From Phyllosticta citribraziliensis (taxonomy: Eukaryota): a stretch of 64,000 nt of DNA. The stretch lies in assembly GCF_038025025.1 (NCBI RefSeq), contig NW_027117345.1, forward strand, positions 1,302,001 through 1,366,000, in the 5' to 3' direction. Position numbers and translations under genes: made by a program. Each line of letters starts with the position of its first letter. The stretch's first letter is position 1. Positions 45,721-59,800 of this stretch are shown here, piece by piece. The notes beneath the pieces were generated by a model. The model made no database searches. It had not been told where the DNA came from and saw nothing but the letters and a program-made list of their open reading frames with translations.

Positions 45721-46483
45721 GTTGTGGTGGTGGAGTGCGGGGGGGATTCAGGAACAGGAAGCGATAGGGCTGCAAGGCGGGTAGGGTAGAGTACATGTAG
45801 GTTGGAGTACTTGAAGGTAGGTGGGCGGGCAAGTGGTATATGGTTATAGTAGACTGGGGGGGCATTGGTAGCCATAGTGGTAGGTAGCACGCAGGCATAT
45901 ACGCACACACTGAAGCAGATGTTCTCCATGTTGTGTTGGTGACCCGACGAAAGGACGGGCCGGGACCTCAAGGAGGGTCGGGCCGCCTAATTCTCCGGGC
46001 GCCGCGGCCTCGCGGCTGTGATTGGCTGAGGTGCAGGCGGCGGCGGTGCCCCTCTGGCCTTCCCGTCAGGTCTTGCCCTCATCAACCTGACGACGCACAC
46101 CTGTGCTTCCTTGACCCGCACCCGCACTCTTGTCCTTCTCTCTGCTGCTCTCTGCAATCATTCCACTGCATTCCCTTGTTTTCACCGCTGGCCTCTGCTG
46201 CTACCACCACAACACCTCGCCCGCCCGCCCGCCAGCCCGCCGTTTGCAAATCCCGTCGTCGGAAAAACCTCGCGAGCTGGCCCGTCAAGCCGTCAAAATA
46301 ACCCGCTCAGGCTTCCTTTCACGTGTTTTGTCAACTTACTTCCTCGCTTGGCCGAGTAGCTACGCAACCGCCGTCGCAGAGCCTCAAAACTCAACACCCC
46401 ACTGCAGCGCCTCTGGCCAGCTACCTCTCCCGCTGCACCTTGTTCCCCGCCTCTAGACACAGGTACTAGCTCCTCACGCGACC

Positions 46484-49400
46484 ATGAACGTCAACCAGGT
46501 GCTTGAGGGGACCTTGTCTCCAGGTATACGCCCATCCCAACCCTAGCCCGCACCCCGCCCACCCACTGACTTTGCTCTCCAGATGCTGCCATCCGCTCAA
46601 ATGCCGAGCAGCAGCTCACCCAGGCCGCTGAAGCCGATTTCGTGAGTTTCCTCAACCCGCCGTTGCGAGCACGGCGCCCCGCAGTTGCCAGGCGAAATTT
46701 GCTGACTCGATCTATCAAAGTCGGGCTACCTCTCGACCCTCGCCACAGAACTCGCAAATGAACAGGCGCAACCTCACATCCGAACCGCCGCTGCCCTCGC
46801 CCTGAAAAACTCCTTCACCGCGCGCGAGTACACCAGGTTACGGGAAGTCCAGGCAAGATGGCTGAGCCAGCCCGACCAAGTCAGAGTAAACGTCAAGAAC
46901 CTCGCATTGGGAACTCTTGCCTCGACCGATGCCCGTGCAGGAAACTCGGCGGCGCAATTCATTGCTGCCATCGCCGCCATTGAAATCCCGCAAAACATGT
47001 GGCCAGAGCTGATGCCCACCTTGGTTGAAAACGTGGGCAAGGGCGCAGACCACCAAAAGGAAGCCTCGTTGACCGCCATCGGCTTCATTTGCAACACCGA
47101 TGATGGGGAGCTCCGAGAAGCCTTGGCGCATCACTCCAATGCCATCTTGACCGCTGTCGTTCAGGGCGCGCGCAAGGAGGAGCCCAACCCCAATGTCCGT
47201 AACAAGGCCATTTCCGCCCTCAGCGACTCGCTCGAATTCGTGCGCACCAACTTCGACAATGAGGGCGAGCGCAACTACATCATGCAGGTCATTTGCGAGG
47301 ACACGCAAGACCCAGACACCCGCATCCAGCAAAACGCCTACGGCTGCCTGAACAGGGTCATGGGTCTCTACTATGACAAGATGAGCTTCTACATGGAAAA
47401 GGCCCTCTTCGGCCTCACCATCCAGGGAATGAAGAGTGAAGAAGAGGACGTTGCCAAGCTTGCGATCGAGTTCTGGTGCACGGTTTGTGAGGAGGAAATC
47501 TCGATAGAGGACGACAACCAGCAGGTACACAGCAATCTCATCGACCCCATTGTCAGGTGGACAATGGGGCCAGACGCATTTGACAGGCTGACTTTTCACC
47601 AGGCCAACGCCGAGGGATCCACCGAGCTGCGCGAGTACTTCAACTTTGCCCGAGTCGCTACCCAAGAAGTCGTTCCCGTTCTCCTCGAGCTGCTCACCAA
47701 GCAGGACGAAGATGCCGACGACAACGAGTACAACGTCTCGCGCGCCGCATACCAGTGTTTGCAATTGTGGGCTCAGTGTGTTGGCAGCGCCGTCGTTCCC
47801 CCCGTGCTCGCCTTTGTCGAGAAGAACCTTCGCGCTGAGGACTGGCACTTCCGTGACGCTGCTGTCTCTGCCTTTGGCGCCATTATGGAGGGTCCCGAGG
47901 AGAAGATGCTTGATCCTTTGGTCAAGCAGGCTCTCCCCGTCCTTGTTGGCATGATGGAAGACCCCGAGATCCACGTAAGAGATTCGACCGCCTACGCCCT
48001 TGGCCGGATTTGCGAGACCTGCTCCGAGTCCATCGACCCCTCGACGCACCTGCAGCCCCTCATCTCATCGCTGTTTGCCGGTCTTGCCAGCCACCCCAAG
48101 ATGGCATCTTCTTGCTGCTGGGCGTTGATGAACCTGGCAGACCGCTTTGCGGGCCAACCTGGCTGCCAAACCAACCCGCTCTCGGGTCACTTCCAGGCTA
48201 GCGTAACGCATTTGCTCCAGGTCACTGAGCGGTACGTATTGCCTTGAATGACATGCAGCGAGATCTAATGCGTTGCAGTGCCGATGCCGACAACCAACTG
48301 CGTACCGCCGCGTACGAGGTTCTCAACTCCTTCACCATGAACTCTGCCAACGACAGTCTCAACATGGTTGGCCACCTTTCCCTTGTCATCCTCGAGCGCC
48401 TTGAGAAGACTGTTCCACTCCAACAGCAAGTCGTAAGCGTCGAGGACAAGATGACTTTGGAGGAGATGCAGACAAGCTTGGTCAGCGTTATCATGGTAAG
48501 AAGACTCAGCTGCGCCACGTGATGACTTACTAACGTCTTGTCAAGGCCATCGTCCAAAGGCTCGAGGCGGAGATTAAGCCTCAGGCCGATCGTATCATGC
48601 AGGTGCTGCTGTCGCTGCTCCAATCCGCTGGAAACAAGTCGAGCGTTCCTGACGCTGTCCTCGCAGCAATCGGATCCCTCGCCAACGCATTGGAAGAGGA
48701 TTTCATCAAGTACATGGAAGCGTTTGCACCCTACCTGTACAACGCCCTTGGCAACCAAGAGGAGCCGGCCATCTGCTCCATGGCCATCGGTCTTGTTAGC
48801 GACATTACCCGCGCTCTGAATGAGAAGGTGCAGCCTTACTGCGATGCCTTCATGAACTACCTTTTGAACAACTTGCGTGTAAGTTACTCTCGGTCCCCAA
48901 TCAAGACAGCACTGACCGCGAACAGAGCCCTACGCTTGGCAACCAATTCAAGCCAGCCATCTTGCAGTGCTTTGGCGACATTGCGCAGGCCATCAACGGA
49001 GCCTTCGAGACTTACCTCAGCGTGGTCGCTCAGGTCCTTGTTCAAGCTGCTCAGGTCGTCCTTACTTCTGAGACTTCTTTCGAGATGCTCGACTACGTCG
49101 TGTCGCTTCGCGAAGGCATCATGGACGCATGGGACGGCGCTATTGTCGCCATGAAGACTGGCGGCAAGCAGAACCTGCTCGTCCCTTACGTCGAGGCTAT
49201 TTTCTCGCTGTTGCACACGGTGCAGTCCGACCCGAACCGCACTGAGGCCCTGATGCGCTCTTCTATGGGTGTGATTGGGTATGTTTCTCTCTTTAGTTGG
49301 GGATAATCTCACTGACTTTGTAAAGCGACCTCGCGGATACATTCCCAGAGGGAGAGTTCGCTGAGCTTTTCCGCGCCGACTGGATTATGGCGATGGCCAA

Positions 49401-49590
49401 GGAGACTAGGTCAAACCGTGACTTTTCGAGCCGGACTATTGAGACCGCTCGCTGGGCGCGCGAGCAAATTAAGCGCCAAATTGGTAAGAGCTCTCTCCAA
49501 TACGGGCTTTATCAAACCGAAAGCATCCCCCACATTTGACCTTGGCTAACACGAGATTCCACAGGCGGTGCTGCAGGCCAGCTGGCTTGA
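46484..49590 (+). CDS. KAP95: Importin beta-1 (karyopherin beta)
   Basis: MNVNQVLEGTLSP|DAAIRSNAEQQL, ALALKNS, WPELMP, AILTAVVQGARKEE, EGERNYIMQVICE, IEFWCTVCEEE, RDAAVSAFGAIMEGP, VRDSTAYALGRI, KPAILQCFGDIA; multi-intron; last exon ends GGAAGQLA* at 49590. Confidence 0.95.
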
Positions 49591-52500
49591 AGGAATTCAT
49601 CGAGAGGAACTTGAGCGCCCTCCTTGGACGACCCACCGACACAGCGCCCTTGCAGCTGCCTGATGCGCGACCGACAATCGGCGAGTTGACACAAGGACGG
49701 CATTGTCCAGCGGCCTCAAGATATCCATGCAGTCGCCTATTCGACACCCACGCTGGAATGCGAACACGGTGAGCCATTGGACAAGCAATGGAAGTGAACA
49801 CTTCCCAAAATAAACCTCTCCGTGCAGATGGCCGCTGCAATCGGTTGGTCAATTAGACTCTGCGTCGACTGCGCCACACCTCGGAGCTCGCCAATGGCTG
49901 CGGACGAGGAGAGCAATTCCGACCGCCGGAATCTGCGACTTCTTCTTCGGACGGGCATCGAATCCACCCCGGCAAACACCAATACCCACCCACCCTCGCC
50001 CCGAACACATCATACAACAGTCCAACCCCGTACTCCCAACACGTCCTAATGAACACCACATACACCGCACAACAGGAAGTCATGTATGCCCCGAGTTCAT
50101 GTAAAGAGGAAGCCCGACTCTTTCATCAAGAGTTGGAACCTCTGCCCCCCATCCATCCCCTACACTCCGCTGTTTTCTGTCGTTGGCGAGCACTCAATTC
50201 ACATCATGATTCCCACTCCTATGCTTGCATTTTCCCAGTTTCTCTCTCCTCCTGAAACCTGGCACCAGTCACATATAGTAACTCAGTCGCCCCGTCTCCC
50301 ATCAAAACATTCACACTCACGTCGTTCCTCTTCACGATTGATGCCACATGTGTTGTCTCGCTCCAAGTGTTGTGACGTTTGGCTTGTCTATCACTTCTAC
50401 GTCCACCTGTTTTTCCAAAGGAGATGGAGGAACCGTGACAAGGCAGGCTTTTCAGGCGTTCTCGTCATACCAGCAATGGCTTCATGTCCGCAACGGCCCC
50501 AAAGAGATGAATCAAGATGGAGGAAATGGTGTAGTCTTTTGACGTCTTTGCCCTAGTCTCACAACTTTTCCCCTTTCGCTTCCTAACACTCCCCGGTTTC
50601 TTTCCTCGCGTTCACCAACTGGAACAATGGGCCGGCAAAGGGTTCGTTCATGTCCTTCAATACTGGATCGCTTTCAAACTTATTTACCTCTCCGCGGATG
50701 CTGTTGCTAGGGAAATGGCACACCGCCAAGCGATAGAAAGGTTCGCTAAGAATGCTATTCACTGTTTCATGAGGTTGAAGTTGGACCACGTGAACGGAAT
50801 GGAGTTGACACACGAAGGAATCGATCTCGGCTCTACCGCACCGCTGCATCACCGTCCAGACCAACACACACCAGGTCCTACGCCGTACCCGTTGCCAACC
50901 GTCAGTCAGCTGAGGCAAGCTTCCAAATGCTTGTTGCGGCTGGAACACAATTCTCAAAGAAGCAGTGCGACCCTCACGCTCCAGTCAGGTAAGATCCTCC
51001 TCGGGTCATGCAGCCGACGGCGACGGCATTATTGATTGATCAGCGCCAGGGAGAGGGAGGCACCGAGCCGGCTTCCTTATTTTTATTTCATTCGCCGCGA
51101 TCAGCCTGCCCTACCTTGCATCCTACGAGGCGGCTTCAAAAAAGCTCTCCGTTTACGTAAATTTGGCAACAGGCGACGGTGGTTGGCTACAGGTCAAAAG
51201 AGGGTTGGGAAGCAAGTCTTGCCCAAGCTTCATTATGCTCATGACCCTGCTCTGCTCATGCCGCCGTGAGAGGAGGAGGGGGGGCTCTGCCGTCACGCAT
51301 GACTAGACCTGGCCTGACAGCCGGCACTGTGTTTGCATGGTCTGCACCTCTTTCCATCTATTATGCATGTACGCTATGTTTATCTTCGAGGCCCAGGTCA
51401 GGCCAACCAGAGTCGTTTTGATCTATTCTGATGTCCGGCACATGAGACATCTTTTGATATTCCATGTCAAGACATTCACAGTCTCCTCGTCGACTTGGCC
51501 AGTTTTGTGTCCACGACGTCAGAGGCGCGGACAAGCAAACAACGATCCCGCGTCTCAAGACTTGCTCCATCTGAAACTGGCGCATCGCCCCGTACCGTAT
51601 CGCCGTCTGCGCGCCATCTTGTACTGCGGCGTCAGAGGAGCCGCGGTCGCTGCTTTTCATAGAGACGAGGGGAGACCACATCACCGATCGACGAGAGAGC
51701 AGTGACGATGACAACAAAAACGACGGCATAGTAAACACGATGCTCATGGGAGCTGAGATGTAGTCAACAGCCTCTCAGCCCGCTCGCCTTGTTGCTTGGT
51801 TGACGGCAAAATGCCCTGCAGATTCCACAAAGCCGCCTACTTCTTGCCCACGAAAATCGGCTCGGAGAACCGCAGTCGCGGCCGCGGGCTCAAACTCCTC
51901 CACACGGCAGTGGCCTCTTACCTTCTGAATCGTCACCGCGCTAAGCATCTTGTTTAGAGCCAAACTTTAGCTTCGCATACGGGAAAAAGAGGTTCACTTG
52001 ACTGATACACTGACGACGAGGCGCCGCCGAGTCCTTCGTTGCACTCTCTCTTCGCCCCGTCTTGGCCTTTGTGCTTGTCTGCAGGCTTGCTTGCTTGCTT
52101 GCTCGCCTTGGAACGCTTCTGAAGGTGGTGACCAGGGGGGCGAAGCTGTACGTGCAGACGGGCGCGTGTATGCAAGGCCTTCAGGAACGGGACGATGGAT
52201 CCTGAACCGACTAGGGGAAGGGGAAGCTTGGAGAAAGGTGAGTGAGTCGTACTCGTGGCGAAGAGAAACGGTACGGTCGACCGGTTGTTGTGTCTGAGGC
52301 AACAAGGCCATGAGGCAAAAGGGGAGGGGGACAGTCCGCCTGATATGTGCGGAAGAAGGTTATTGTTGACGAGACGATCAGGTAGGGTTTCGCGCGGTGT
52401 CGGGCACCGATTGAATCAAGCGCATGCCGGCCCGGCAAGAGGATTGCATCATGAGGTGGTCAGTCGGGGTGGTTTCGGATAGTCGTTGTTGCTGTCCACG

Positions 52501-53992
52501 ATTGAAGGGCATCTCCTGAACCCTTCTTTTGCTCCTACCAGAGGCGAACAGGGCGAATTCAGGACACGAACGTGGAACGAGCTATCAATCCGAATTTTCG
52601 GGAATAAGTCGACCGCTCAGCCCAACACAGCCACAGGGTCGATGGTTTGCGGCTCAAAAAAGGCACCCCTCAGTAGGTTCGTATACACACGCCCGTCCTA
52701 GGAGACGACGCATGTTTTGTCCGCCGTCAAACAAGCTCCCGCACCACACTCGTACCAGTCTCAAGCCGGGGGGTCGCCCATCTCGTGTTCAGAGGTGGAG
52801 GGGAAACACGACCGACACGATGTTTCTGGTGACCTCTCCCTCGCACCGCTGATCTTCTTAGCATAGGCATTTTAGACTTCCGACCCGTTTGGATAAAGTA
52901 TGGATGAAGCTGGCCGGACGTCACTCTTGGCGGCTTTGGATCGACCCGACTAGCCTGAGTGGGTCCTGCCCATGGCTCCTGACTATTGGTCCTGCAGGTC
53001 ATCGACCCAAACGCTACTCGTGGGTGCGCCGTGTGTGTGTTGTTGTTGTTGCCTCAATGGCCCGAAGCGTAAACCGATCAAGGAACCTGGCAAACTCAAC
53101 TCGGCCGGCCAAACTGCGGGGCGCTGCCGATTTCTATTTCGGTAGGGCAGTGCAGAGTTTTCTACTCGAGAAGCGCAGAGTTGCATTGACAGACACCATG
53201 TTTGGTCTGTGTCGAGCCAGGAGCTTTGAAGTGATGGAGTGCTTTGACGGCAAATTCGGTGGCGGTGTGGTGCGTAGAAATTGGACACTAGCCACAGCGC
53301 AGATCAACTGACGATGTCATAGAAACGTGACACGGTCAAATTCGAGTGAAGCGGAAGTTTTCGGCGACCGCCTCGACCGCCGTCCGCAGGCAAACTCGCA
53401 TGAAGCAGAGGAGTTGGTCGGGAGAGGGCGGAGCGGCTCGCGCCTCCACCCTTGACCATGCAGCCAGCACCCGGACTACTTTTTTTAGTTCCAGGAACAA
53501 CATGTCGCAAACCTTGAACACAAACAACCACGACGCCAAGCTATACCACACGAACGGTTCATTTCTAGGCCCACACGACCTCGTTGACTAGATGCTTTTT
53601 TGCTACGCAAAGCCTAAACCCGCGTGCCGCTAGGCTTGACATCTCAGACTCAACCAACCGAGTGGTACACTCCGTAGTTTTTCGAGCAGGAATTGGTCCG
53701 GAGCAGCGCGGATTGTACCGGGGCCTTTCGACTCAACCCCTCGCCATGGCACCGAATGCAGAATACGGACAACATGCTTCTATACAGGCAAGCTTTTAGC
53801 CAGCGGCTCGTCTGGCATGAATCGTGACGGCACGACCGTCTGGTGGCCGTAGAGCCATCTTGCAGCGCCGTTGGGCGTCACTAGATTGCCTTTGGTGGAC
53901 GGGGGAAGATCGCACCACTGACTTCTGAGTATTTAGTCCGTCATGTCTCCCTTTGCGAACATCAGGAAGGCCAGAGTTTTGTCTTCATCGCC

Positions 53993-55799
53993 ATGTCTTT
54001 CACCACGCCCACCTCCCGAATCTTTACAGCCCTTCTGGCTGCTGGCACAGCTCTTGCCAAGCCCATTGCGAAGCCGCAGTCCGCATCTCCCGATCTAGGC
54101 AGTGGCATTCCAACTGCCTCTGGGCTCACCATCACCAGCCTCACCTACTATGGCGACGGATGTCCTGAGGGCACCCTGCAGGGACAGTTTTGTCCAGAGA
54201 CGTCTTCTTTCAACGTAACAATAACCGAATTGAAAGCGATTCTCCGTAAGTGCAAAATCACTTCATGGCACTTGGTTGAGAAGGGTACTGACAGCATCCA
54301 GAGGATGGAAAGCCCAGCGATGACGCCAGCTGCCATATCGAAGTCGGTTTCAAGACCGAATCTCAGATTCAACTCAATCTCCTCCAGTATGTTCCCGAGA
54401 TTGCCCTCATCTAACGAAACTAACCGTATCCAGGGGTGACTTTTACGGCTCGTGTTATCTGGAGTCTGCTGGTATGACTGCTTTGGCACATAGCAGTGTA
54501 TCCTTCGCCGGCAACTCCGGTGGCTCCAACATTCCCTGGCTTTTCTACGGTCCGGTCGACGCCAAGGCAGTATACGAGCATAATTTGCTTGAAGTTTTCG
54601 TCTCCCAGTGCTCGACAGGCGGCGACTTTCTCATGCTGGTCGACCTCGTTTTGCACGTAACTCGTGGACCCGCCGCTGCCGACGCCGTTGGGTATATCGA
54701 CATCGACCAGTTGACTGGTGCCATCAGCCAAGCCTACGTTCTCCAGCCAAGCCCTTGCGGCAAGACCATTGAAGCCAAGCCGCCTTCATCTACACAGCAG
54801 CAGTACGGCGGCAGCTACGGCAAGGAGGCCGCCGAAGAGACCAAAAAGAAGGGCAAGACCAGCAAGACCTCGGGCGGTTACTCCACTAATACGAACGAGG
54901 AGGAGGAGAAGAAGAAGAGCACTAGCGGAGGCGGTGGCGGGTACACAACCAACAGCAACAGCGGAGAAGAGGAAAAGAAGAAGAAGGAAGAAGAAGAAGC
55001 GGCGAAGAAGACAACGACGAGTGGCGGTGGCGGTGGCAGCAGCTACACGACCAACAGCAACAGCGGAGAAGAGGAAAAGAAGAAGAAGGAAGAAGAAGAA
55101 GCGGCGAAGAAGACAACGACGAGTGGCGGTGGCGGCGGCAGCAGCTACACGACCAACAGCAACAGCGGAGAAGAGGAAAAGAAGAAGGAAGAAGAAGAAG
55201 CGGCGAAGAAGACAACGACGAGTGGCGGTGGCGGCGGCAGCAGCTACACGACCAACAGCAACAGCGGAGAAGAGGAAAAGAAGAAGAAGAAGGAAGAGGA
55301 ATCGAAGAAGTCGACGTCGTGTGGCGGCGGAAGTGGAAGCAGCAGCGGCGGCGGCTGCACTTACAACAAGGAGGAAATTGAGTACAAGAAGAATGGTGGT
55401 GAATGCGGTCAGAAGTGTTCCTACAAACCGTGCTCACAGGAAGAAGAAGACAACAAGGTGAATAGCTTTTCTGATTACGAGAAAAAGCTGTACTACGAGG
55501 CGAAGGAGCACTACAAGCTGAGCCTGGAACTTGAGTACAACAAGGACACCAAGTACGGTTACGAAGAGTCAAAGAACCAGGGTGGCGGCGAGAAGAAGCC
55601 CGAGGCAGCCAGCTACCAGGAGCAAAAGACACCCACTGAAGGCGACAACAAGTACCTCAAGTATGATCAAGGCACAACCGACTACAACGACTACCTTTTC
55701 AGGACAAGATTGTTGGCTGAGCAAAACAAGGGCGAGAGTGAGGAGGACAAGAAGAAGAAGAAGGACAAGTGCAAGCGCGATGGTGATTGTGGACATTGA
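53993..55799 (+). CDS. Secreted DUF4360-like protein with a C-terminal G/S/T-E/K tandem repeat tail
   Basis: Signal peptide (RIFTALLAAGTALA). ITSLTYYGDGCPEG..SFNVT..C.IEVGF..GDFYGSCYL resembles DUF4360. Introns 54246-54301 and 54387-54433 join in frame to ORF 54474-55799. Confidence 0.75.
54921..55320 (+). repeat. In-frame 102/102/99-nt tandem repeat (YTTNSNSGEEEKKKKEEEEAAKKTTTSGGGGGSS)
   Basis: accaacagcaacagcggagaagag starts at 54948, 55050, 55152 and 55251; copies are nearly identical. Confidence 0.95.
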
Positions 55800-56863
55800 G
55801 CGAAGGTTCAGGTGGATGGTGGGATTAATTGGTCGATCTAATGCAGAGGTAGGAGGCTTCATCATCATCAAAGGCTGCATTCGCCAGCCAACCGGATCGA
55901 CTAGACTTCCTGGTAATCGGTCATTCAAAAGGATATCAATCGGTGTTAATATGGCGCCTCTCCTTGGTAAATCTAATACACTCCTTGAGTAGACAGCAAT
56001 GGTAATCTACATTATGAACTCACTTCCTTTCCATCTTCATCGTGATGTCGCAACCGCTTGAGACATATCAAGCCTGCGGTTTTGCCTCATGGCTTGGTTT
56101 TGACCGTCTGGTGAATCGAAATCTTCCAGGACGCGTGGGTGTGGCAGTGCGCAGGAGAAACACCGACCGGAGAAGACGACCATGGGAGCGAGGGGTAAAG
56201 TGTTCAGATCTTGACGTCAGGCCACCAAATGCGGTCGTTCGCAGGCTGTTGGGAGATTCTTCAGCGCTCGACTCCTGGCTGATGCATTTTGTCCAGGTGG
56301 CTGTGGTGTCGGGTTGTTGTGGTGATGGCGGTTCCGTTCTGGCGCCGAAGGAGGCCACCGCACCTTCAAACCGTGGGTGGGGACCGACGGCATCGGCCCG
56401 CGGCAGAATTCCCCAACTCTGACGCCGACCGCCTGCGCGCACCTCGACGACAAACCCCTCCTGCAGAACCTTGAGTCTATGAAACAAGCGGCAGGTCGAA
56501 ATCGCAGTTGGAGTTCGACAGCGAAAACCATGATGGAAATGAACAAACTGACTCTCTTCCGAGCTTGTCCCCGTTCAAGTTCCGTGTGGCCTCACCACTC
56601 AAAGGGGAGGGACCAGTATCATGAAGTTCCATGTTTAATCCAGGGCCAGGTTGTTGAGGTGAATATCAGGTTGCTTTGCGCGGACGACCACCGTAAAAAA
56701 AGGAGAAAGGACCCCAACACGGGATTTCTTGTTCTCCAGAGCCCCCTTCCTTCCAACCAACTTTCCTTCTCGGTAGATACATATATCAACGCAAGTATCT
56801 TTCCGATTCACAACCTGCAGCTTCTCCATCTGTTCCCCCAATGCCTGATCTCCCAGAGTAGCC

Positions 56864-59800
56864 ATGCGATCTCTTGCAGTCATCACGGCAACATTGCTTC
56901 TCTCCGTAGGGGTTCTCTCAAATCCTCTGCGAACTCCTCCGTCCATTGAAGAGGGGCAACACTCCATCGCTTCCATCGAGGATGTCACTCGGTACATTCC
57001 AGTCAACACCTCATCACTCTCATACGATAGCCAGGATGTTCCAGTGGAAACCCCATCTGTCCAATACGGAAGTCAACATGGTCCAGTTGAGTCTTCATCT
57101 CTCCCGTTAGTGGAAACTCCGGGAACACTATCTGTTCAATACGAAAGTCACTACGGTCCGGTCAAGACATCATCTATTCCGTACGACATTCAGTACGTTA
57201 CGGTGAGAGCTCAATGGTCTATCCAATACGGCAGCCGACATGTTTCATTGGAAACCCTCTCTTCGCATTCCAATAGTCAACACTTCTCTGTCACAAACAC
57301 CTCGACACCCTCGGCCAACCTCTCGTCCTTCGTCACAGGATCCGGTGGGAGTATGGACGCGCGAAGTGGTGCACACGGATCTTGGACAGCGACGCTCAGG
57401 AAGCCATCTTACACTCCGATCCTCGCTGGATGGGACATGTCGATTCGCTCAACGCGTCCCTCCCGATTCCTCGCCTTACCATCCAACACCTCGATCGCCA
57501 CTGGATGGAACTTGTTGACCGGCATTCTGCCCTCATTGGTACCTACTCCACCATCTAACACCTCAACCCCCGCTAGATGGGGCCTACCAACCGGCATGTC
57601 TCCCTTGTTGTTACCCACCCCATCGTCCAATGGCTCAATACCCGTTAGATGGAACATGTCGACCGGCATGTCTCCCTCATTGTTACCCACCCCATCGTCT
57701 AATGGCTCAATACCCGTTGGATGGAACATGTCGACTAGCATATCGTCCTCGTCGATACTCGCCCCACTATCCGATAGCTCGATCCCCGTTGGATGGAACA
57801 TATCGACCGGCATGTCTCCCTCATTGTTACCCACCCCATCGTCTAATGGCTCAATACCCGTTGGATGGAACATGTCGACTAGCATATCGTCCTCGTCGAT
57901 ACTCGCCCCACTATCCAACAGCTCGATCCCCGTTAGATGGAGCATATTGACCGGCATGCCTCCCTCGTTGTTACCCACCCCGCCGTCTAATGGCTCAATC
58001 CCCGCTGGATGGAATACATCGACTAGCATGTCGCCCTCGTCAATACTCGCCCCACTATCCAACATGTCGAACCCCGCTGGATGGAATATGTCGACCGGCA
58101 TTTCACCCTCGTTGGTACCCACCCCACCATTCAACACCCTGACTGGTTGGAACATTCCAGCCAGCTCAATGCGTCCCTCCTTTCCGGCCACAGCAACCTA
58201 TTCGTCTCCATGTGAATTGAGCTCAAAGTCGACCGACTGCAAGTTGTACACATTTATGACGCGGGATCAACCTCGCGGCCGGTGCATGGCCCCAGCCTTC
58301 GAGAAGCATAAAAGGTGCTCAACGGAGGAGAAGGCGCGAGATAAGACCCAGGAGAAAAGGAAGAAATGCGACAGCAGACTCGAACGAGAGGTGTTCCATT
58401 GCTTGACTAAACCGCCCCTGAAATGCCGTCAACTCCGTCAAGTCCACGAGACCTTAAGCCTTCTCCCCATGGTTTCGGAAGCTTTGACCCTGGGAATCGA
58501 AACCTGCAACGCTGTCAAAGACAAAGACTCCGCAGACACGATTTGGGACAGGCTGTCCGGCGCCATTTCGAAACAGGACAACATGGGTGTGGTCATGGAA
58601 CTCTCGAAACCAAGCAAGCAGTCACAAACGGTCATGCAACAAGTTTTCAAGCCAAAAGACCTCAAAAAACATCAGCCGTCCTTAGCAGGTGTCTTCGGCA
58701 AGCCGCGTCGTCCAAAAAGTCACGGATCCTTCATTCCACCCATCGTTTTCGGTGGGGTCGGTCTCGGAGGAATCGGAATCAATATTGGAGGAGGAGCCGG
58801 AATTTTTGGTGAAGGCGGAATTTTTGGAGGAGGCGGAGGCGGAGGCGGAGGTGGAGGCGGAGGTGGAGGTGGAGGCGGAGGCGTGATTCCGCCGCTGCCG
58901 CCTCACTCTGTTCCTCCCTCTAATCCATCCAATCCGTCGTCGATCCCTCCGTCCAATCCGTCGTCGATCCCTCCATCGGGTCCGTCGTCAATCCCTCCAT
59001 CTGGTCCGTCGTCGATCCCTCCATCTGGTCCTTTATCTACCCCTTTATCTGTTCCTACAACACCAATACCCACGCCGCGTACCATAACGAGTACCACGTC
59101 AAGTACCTCATCAAGCACCACTGCTCAGGATCAGTTATGGCACGACGAACAGGCAGAACACTCCCGTATTTACACCATGGCAATTCAAGCAATGACAGAC
59201 CCGGACCGGGACCAAAACCTGCAGACCGCCTCGAAAAAGGCCTCGTCTTGGACAGCCAGACTCCAGGAGAAATATGACAAGAAACAGAAAAAGAAGGCTG
59301 ATGCGAAGGCCGCAAAGGACATATCATCATGGCGCAAGGGCGTTGTCAGAAGCACTTCAGCATGGTGGGACTTCCTGTCTTCAGTGCAAAAGACAAAAAC
59401 GAAGGTGAACACCGCCTTGAAAAAGCTTTCCCGGTCTGACCAAAGGAAAAAGTACTACGAGTCAAGGGACTACAGGACGCAGGTGGACTCATCAGTGAAG
59501 TCGTTCGGAAAATTCGTGGACGGATATTACTCTCCTTCTTTCTCAGACCCGGAAGTAGCAGCATGGGAACAATCTCTATACGACAAAGTTATCAACAGAT
59601 TACGCCAGCAAATGAGGGATGCAGAGGATATAAATCCGCCTGACAAGCGGAATGAACGTCTCGCCTTTCTATGGATTGTATACGACAAAGTTCAAGAGAG
59701 CGCAGAAGAGGCGTGGACTAGGTGGCTTAGCGCCAAATTTGAACAAACCATACGACCAAAGGATCGTCTCATGTTGGGTCCGTATGGCCCTCATGGTGGA

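Noticed and set aside
46838..48049. 403-aa antisense ORF opposite importin beta
   Set aside because: Same codon-bias shadow; no protein-like features.
49600..53900. Short ORFs (e.g. 50583-50957, 50715-51035, 51337-51705) downstream of importin beta
   Set aside because: No recognisable motifs or consistent splice path; a small or decayed gene or a lncRNA cannot be excluded.
54718..55632. Arg-rich and Cys-rich ORFs overlapping the DUF4360-like repeat
   Set aside because: Alternative-frame and antisense translations of the same tandem repeat.
57409..58191. Regular repeats that could be mistaken for a CRISPR array, plus a 260-aa antisense ORF
   Set aside because: Contiguous 72-nt coding repeats with no unique spacers, eukaryotic context and no cas genes.
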